DNA of 64,000 bases, from NCBI GenBank assembly GCA_036375215.1, contig DASUSH010000094.1, forward strand, positions 1,314 through 65,313. The letters run 5' to 3'. Below are positions 60,768 through 64,000 of this stretch, one piece after another. The notes under the pieces are model-generated. The model saw only the letters and a program-made list of their open reading frames with translations, ran no database searches and was not told where the DNA came from. This DNA comes from Solirubrobacterales bacterium (GTDB lineage: Bacteria; Actinomycetota; Thermoleophilia; Solirubrobacterales; 70-9). The translations under genes and the position numbers were made by a program. Numbering within the stretch: position 1 is the first letter of the stretch; each line of letters starts with the position of its first letter.

Positions 60768-62676
60768 CGGTATTCGCCTCTTCGCGCGAACGGCGCCCCC
60801 GGCCGCCCCTGCGGCCACGGCGCCGTCTGCGAGCCGAGGATTCTAGCTCCCCGTCGCCGTCATTCCGCTCGTCGATCGGCAGGGGCTCGCCGTCCTCGCC
60901 CAGGAGCAGCGCGGTGGCCGCCGCCCGGTCCACGGACTCGATCCGCACCATCCGGCGCTCGCCGACGAAACGGCCGGCGCCCTTGATCGAGACGATGTAG
61001 GAGTCCACGCGCGCGATCGCGTCGTCGGCGTTGTACATGTGCGGCTCCTCGATGTGGACGAGGACCTCGTCGTCGGCCTGGAAGGGGAGGGCCCGCGCCT
61101 CGACCTCCTCGCGGCTGCCCGCCTCGATCACGTCGAAGGTGTCGATCGGCAGCGCGTCGCCGCCCTCGAAGTGGAAGTGCTTGCCGTTCTCCTCTTCGAA
61201 CTCGCGCAGGCCGGAGTCCTCGCGCAGCATTTCGGCGGCCACCTTCGGGTTCACCCTGATCAGGTAGGCCTCCGGCTCGGGCCGCTCCTCGATCACGTCG
61301 TTCAGGCGGCGCAGCACGTCCAGGGCGACGGTCTCGGCGCTCAGCACCACGCCCTCGCCGTCGCAGGTCGGGCAGCGGTGGGTGAGGATCTCGCGCACCC
61401 CGTCGGTGACGTTCTGGCGCGTCATCTCGACCAGGCCGAGCGGCGAGACCTCCATCACGTAGCTCTTCGTCTTGTCGAGGTCGAGCGCCTTGCGCAGCGT
61501 CTTCAGCACCTGGTCGCGGTTGCGGGCCCGCGCCATGTCGATGAAGTCGATGACGATGATCCCGCCGATGTCGCGGAGGCGGAGCTGGCGGACGACCTCC
61601 TCCGCCGCCTCGACGTTCACCTTGGTGATCGTGTCCTCGAGCCGGCCCTTGCCGCGCCCCGTGAACGAGCCGGTGTTGACGTCGATCACGGTCAGCGCCT
61701 CGGCGTAGTCGATCATCAGGTAGCCGCCGGAGGGCAGGTCGACCCGGCGCGAGAGCACCTCGTCGAAGGTGCGGTCGACGTCGTAGGCCTCGAACAGCGG
61801 CTTGCGCTGCTCGTAGAGCTCGACCGACTCGGTCAGCTCCGGCGCGGTGCGCTCGAAGAAGCTCGTCACCCGCTGGTGCTGCTTCGGGTCGTCGATCACG
61901 GCGCCCTCGAACTCGCTGCGCAGCACGTCGCGCAGAACCCGGACCGAGAGGTCCGCCTCCTGGAACGCGAGCGCCGGCGCCTCGACCTTCTCGGCGCGCT
62001 TGGCGAGCACGTCGTGCAGCTTCAGCAGGTAGTCGATCTCGCGCTCGAAGTCCTCGGCCTCCGCGCCCTGGGCGGCGGTGCGCACGATCAGCCCGCCCGG
62101 GACCTCCTTCTTGCGGGCCTTGCTCACCTTCGCGAGCAGCCGGCGCAGCTTGTCGCGCTCGGAGTCGGGCACGCGGCGGCTGACGCCGACGCCCTCGCCC
62201 TGCGGCATGTAGACGAGGTAGCGGCCGGCGATCGAGAGCTGCATCGAGAGCCGGGCGCCCTTCGTCTTCAGGGGATCCTTGACGACCTGGACGATGATCT
62301 CCTGCTTCGGCTTGATCAGCTCGTCGATCCGGCGCCCCCGGCCGCGGCCGCGCTTCGGCGCCGCCTTGCCGTCGGGCGTGACGATCTCGTCGACGTGCAG
62401 GAAGCCGTTTCGCTCCAGGCCGATGTCGACGAACGCCGCCTCCATCCCGGGCAGGACGTTGTCGATCACGCCCTTGTAGATGTTGCCCACGATCGAGCGC
62501 TGTCCGCGCCGCTCGACGTAGAGCTCCGCGACCTTGAAGCCATTGCTTCGGGACCTCTGCTGGGCGTTCTGGCCGCCCTGCTTGCCACGGCCGCCGCGCT
62601 TCGCGGCGCCCTTCGCTTCACGAACGGCCACCCGCGTTTCGCCGCGGTCGACCGAAACCAATATCTGCTTACGCAA
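60760..62676 (-). CDS. rne: Ribonuclease E/G family endoribonuclease
   Basis: 638 aa with an S1 domain (GNIYKGVIDNVLPGMEAAFVDIG), a DNase-I-like/5'-sensor region (GGLIVRTAA), a catalytic region (VIDVNTG) and a Zn-link CPTCDGEG. The Arg-rich C-terminal end overlaps the rplU start by 8 nt. Confidence 0.9.
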   Translation of the reverse strand: MRKQILVSVDRGETRVAVREAKGAAKRGGRGKQGGQNAQQRSRSNGFKVAELYVERRGQRSIVGNIYKGVIDNVLPGMEAAFVDIGLERNGFLHVDEIVTPDGKAAPKRGRGRGRRIDELIKPKQEIIVQVVKDPLKTKGARLSMQLSIAGRYLVYMPQGEGVGVSRRVPDSERDKLRRLLAKVSKARKKEVPGGLIVRTAAQGAEAEDFEREIDYLLKLHDVLAKRAEKVEAPALAFQEADLSVRVLRDVLRSEFEGAVIDDPKQHQRVTSFFERTAPELTESVELYEQRKPLFEAYDVDRTFDEVLSRRVDLPSGGYLMIDYAEALTVIDVNTGSFTGRGKGRLEDTITKVNVEAAEEVVRQLRLRDIGGIIVIDFIDMARARNRDQVLKTLRKALDLDKTKSYVMEVSPLGLVEMTRQNVTDGVREILTHRCPTCDGEGVVLSAETVALDVLRRLNDVIEERPEPEAYLIRVNPKVAAEMLREDSGLREFEEENGKHFHFEGGDALPIDTFDVIEAGSREEVEARALPFQADDEVLVHIEEPHMYNADDAIARVDSYIVSIKGAGRFVGERRMVRIESVDRAAATALLLGEDGEPLPIDERNDGDGELESSARRRRRGRRGGRGRRSREEANTDG

Positions 62677-62687
62677 TCAATCTCACC

Positions 62688-63914
62688 TCAAAGAGCATTG
62701 ACGGCCGGCCTCCTCAGCCGACCGGCCCCGCTCTTGGAGGTGAGCTGCGCTTGCACGTAGATCGATTGCAGGACCCCGATCGCCATGAAGGTGACGAGTG
62801 CGGAGGATCCTCCGAAACTCATCAGCGGCAGGGTGATCCCGGTGACCGGCATGATCGCGAGGTTCATCCCCACGTTGACGAAGACCTGGAACATGAGCAT
62901 CGCCGCGATAGCTCCGGCGATCATGCTCCCGTACAAGTTCTTCGAGAGGGTCATGATGCGCAGCGCCCGCCAGATGAGCAGGGCGTATAAGGACAAAAGC
63001 AACGCGGCGCCGACGAATCCGAAGCGCTCTCCCACCGCAGCGAACATGAAGTCCGTGTGGTGTTCGGGCAGGAAGTCGTTCCGCGTCTGAGTGGACTCGT
63101 CGCCGCGGCCGGTCTTTCCACCGGCGCCGACGGCGATCAGAGCCTGGTTGCTCTGATAGCTGGAGTCGCCGGGGTCGTCGCTCGGGTTGAGAAACGAGGT
63201 CAGGCGCTCCTGCTGGTAGCCGTGCAGCACCTCGATCCCGACCGCGGGGGCCAGGACGAGGACGAACGCGACCGCGCCCGCCGCCACCGCACCGAGGAAC
63301 GCGAAGTGCGTCCACTTGATGCCCGCGACGAAGAGAATCGAGAGCGCGATCACGCCGAGGACCAGGGCCGTGCCCAGGTCCGGCTGGATCAGTACGAGCG
63401 CCGCCGGGATCAACCCGAGCAGCAGCAGACGTGCGGTCCGCTGTCGCTCCGAGGTTCGCCGGACCCTGTCGATGACGAAGCCCGCGAGCGCGAGCATCAG
63501 CAGCAACTTGGCCAGCTCCGACGGCTGGAATGTGAAAAAGGGAAGTTCGATCCATCGTTTGGATCCTCGGGTTGCGTTGCCGAGGACGAATACGAGCGCG
63601 ATGCTCGCGATGATGAAGGTATAGAGCCCGACTCGGAGCTCGCGGAACCGCGAGTAGTCGATGCGGGCGAGTCCCAGCATCAGAGCGATCCCGACAACTC
63701 CGTAGATCGCCTGGCGCACAGCGTAGTAGTAAGGGTCGCCGGGCACGTCGCCCCGGGTCGTCATCGCGAGCGTGAAGACGCTGAATCCGATCAGGCCGAC
63801 GGCCGCGATCACGAGCAGCGGATCGAGGTGGGCGAGGCGCGGCCGCGCCTCGGGCGCGGCGCGCGGCTCGTCGAAGCTGCGCGGCCGCGGCCGCGGCTGG
63901 GCGATCGCGGGCAT
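62688..63914 (-). CDS. rodA: SEDS-family peptidoglycan polymerase (RodA/FtsW)
   Basis: 408 aa with 10 TM helices and the motifs QPSELAKL, TDFMFAAVGERFGF and TGITLPLMSFGGSS. The ATG overlaps the stop of the upstream ORF (ATGA at 63912-63916). Confidence 0.88.
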   Translation of the reverse strand: MPAIAQPRPRPRSFDEPRAAPEARPRLAHLDPLLVIAAVGLIGFSVFTLAMTTRGDVPGDPYYYAVRQAIYGVVGIALMLGLARIDYSRFRELRVGLYTFIIASIALVFVLGNATRGSKRWIELPFFTFQPSELAKLLLMLALAGFVIDRVRRTSERQRTARLLLLGLIPAALVLIQPDLGTALVLGVIALSILFVAGIKWTHFAFLGAVAAGAVAFVLVLAPAVGIEVLHGYQQERLTSFLNPSDDPGDSSYQSNQALIAVGAGGKTGRGDESTQTRNDFLPEHHTDFMFAAVGERFGFVGAALLLSLYALLIWRALRIMTLSKNLYGSMIAGAIAAMLMFQVFVNVGMNLAIMPVTGITLPLMSFGGSSALVTFMAIGVLQSIYVQAQLTSKSGAGRLRRPAVNAL

Positions 63915-64000
63915 CAGTGGTCACTCCCCTGGCACCGCGCCGACTTCGGCGCGCACCGTGGGTCGGCAGGCAAGGACGCAGGGAGGGGGCGATGGCGGCG
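63914..64000 (-). CDS. 3' end of an upstream minus-strand gene (possibly penicillin-binding protein 2); 5' part outside window
   Basis: An open frame ends ...GSDH-TGA at 63914-63916 and overlaps the rodA ATG. The PBP2 guess rests only on the common mrdA-rodA synteny. Too little sequence is present to recognise motifs. Confidence 0.25.
   Translation of the reverse strand, partial: RRHRPLPASLPADPRCAPKSARCQGSDH

Overview
64-kb, very GC-rich chromosome segment. Typical 60-nt lines I hand-counted are about 70-80% G+C. Gene content and codon usage look like a deep-branching high-GC Actinomycetota lineage (Thermoleophilia/Rubrobacteria-like); that placement is inference only. I count about 65 protein genes and one tRNA, almost all on the minus strand.

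Most of the window is a conserved housekeeping backbone:
- pfkA
- a trp operon fused to hisIE and interrupted twice: hisIE-trpE-trpG-[DUF559]-trpD-trpC-[htrA]-trpF-trpB-trpA
- era-ybeY-phoH-yqeY, murI, prmA-dnaJ-hrcA, lepA, murJ, rpsT
- holA-comEC-comEA, leuS
- rsfS-nadD-proA-proB, obg, rpmA-rplU-rne-rodA

Against this backbone several accessory pieces stand out:
1. A 10-kb operon of four secreted hydrolases sits between obg and proB: a GH36-like alpha-galactosidase, a Tat-signal PHP metallohydrolase and two neutral-ceramidase paralogs. I read it as a candidate extracellular (glyco)sphingolipid-degrading system. This is the best novel-system candidate in the window.
2. A cysteine-bracketed RTX-like C-terminal module is shared by three otherwise unrelated secreted proteins.
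3. A low-GC patch carries a PD-(D/E)XK (PDDEXK_5-like) endonuclease ORF with no stop codon of its own. It reads through a same-strand tRNA-Ala(GGC) into a Phd/YefM antitoxin remnant.
4. An AbiEi-like/DUF559 endonuclease-fold gene is inserted inside the trp operon.
5. A 40-bp structured repeat family occurs at two loci in opposite orientation.
6. Ribosomal protein L21 carries a PAAKK-repeat tail.
7. A DUF4328 membrane protein carries a poly-Pro linker and a C2H2-pattern tail.
8. TANNNT -10 boxes recur only 6-10 nt upstream of start codons, which suggests leaderless mRNAs.

Many long ORFs in the six-frame track are GC-bias artefacts and were rejected. All family assignments come from motif recognition by eye; no searches were run.
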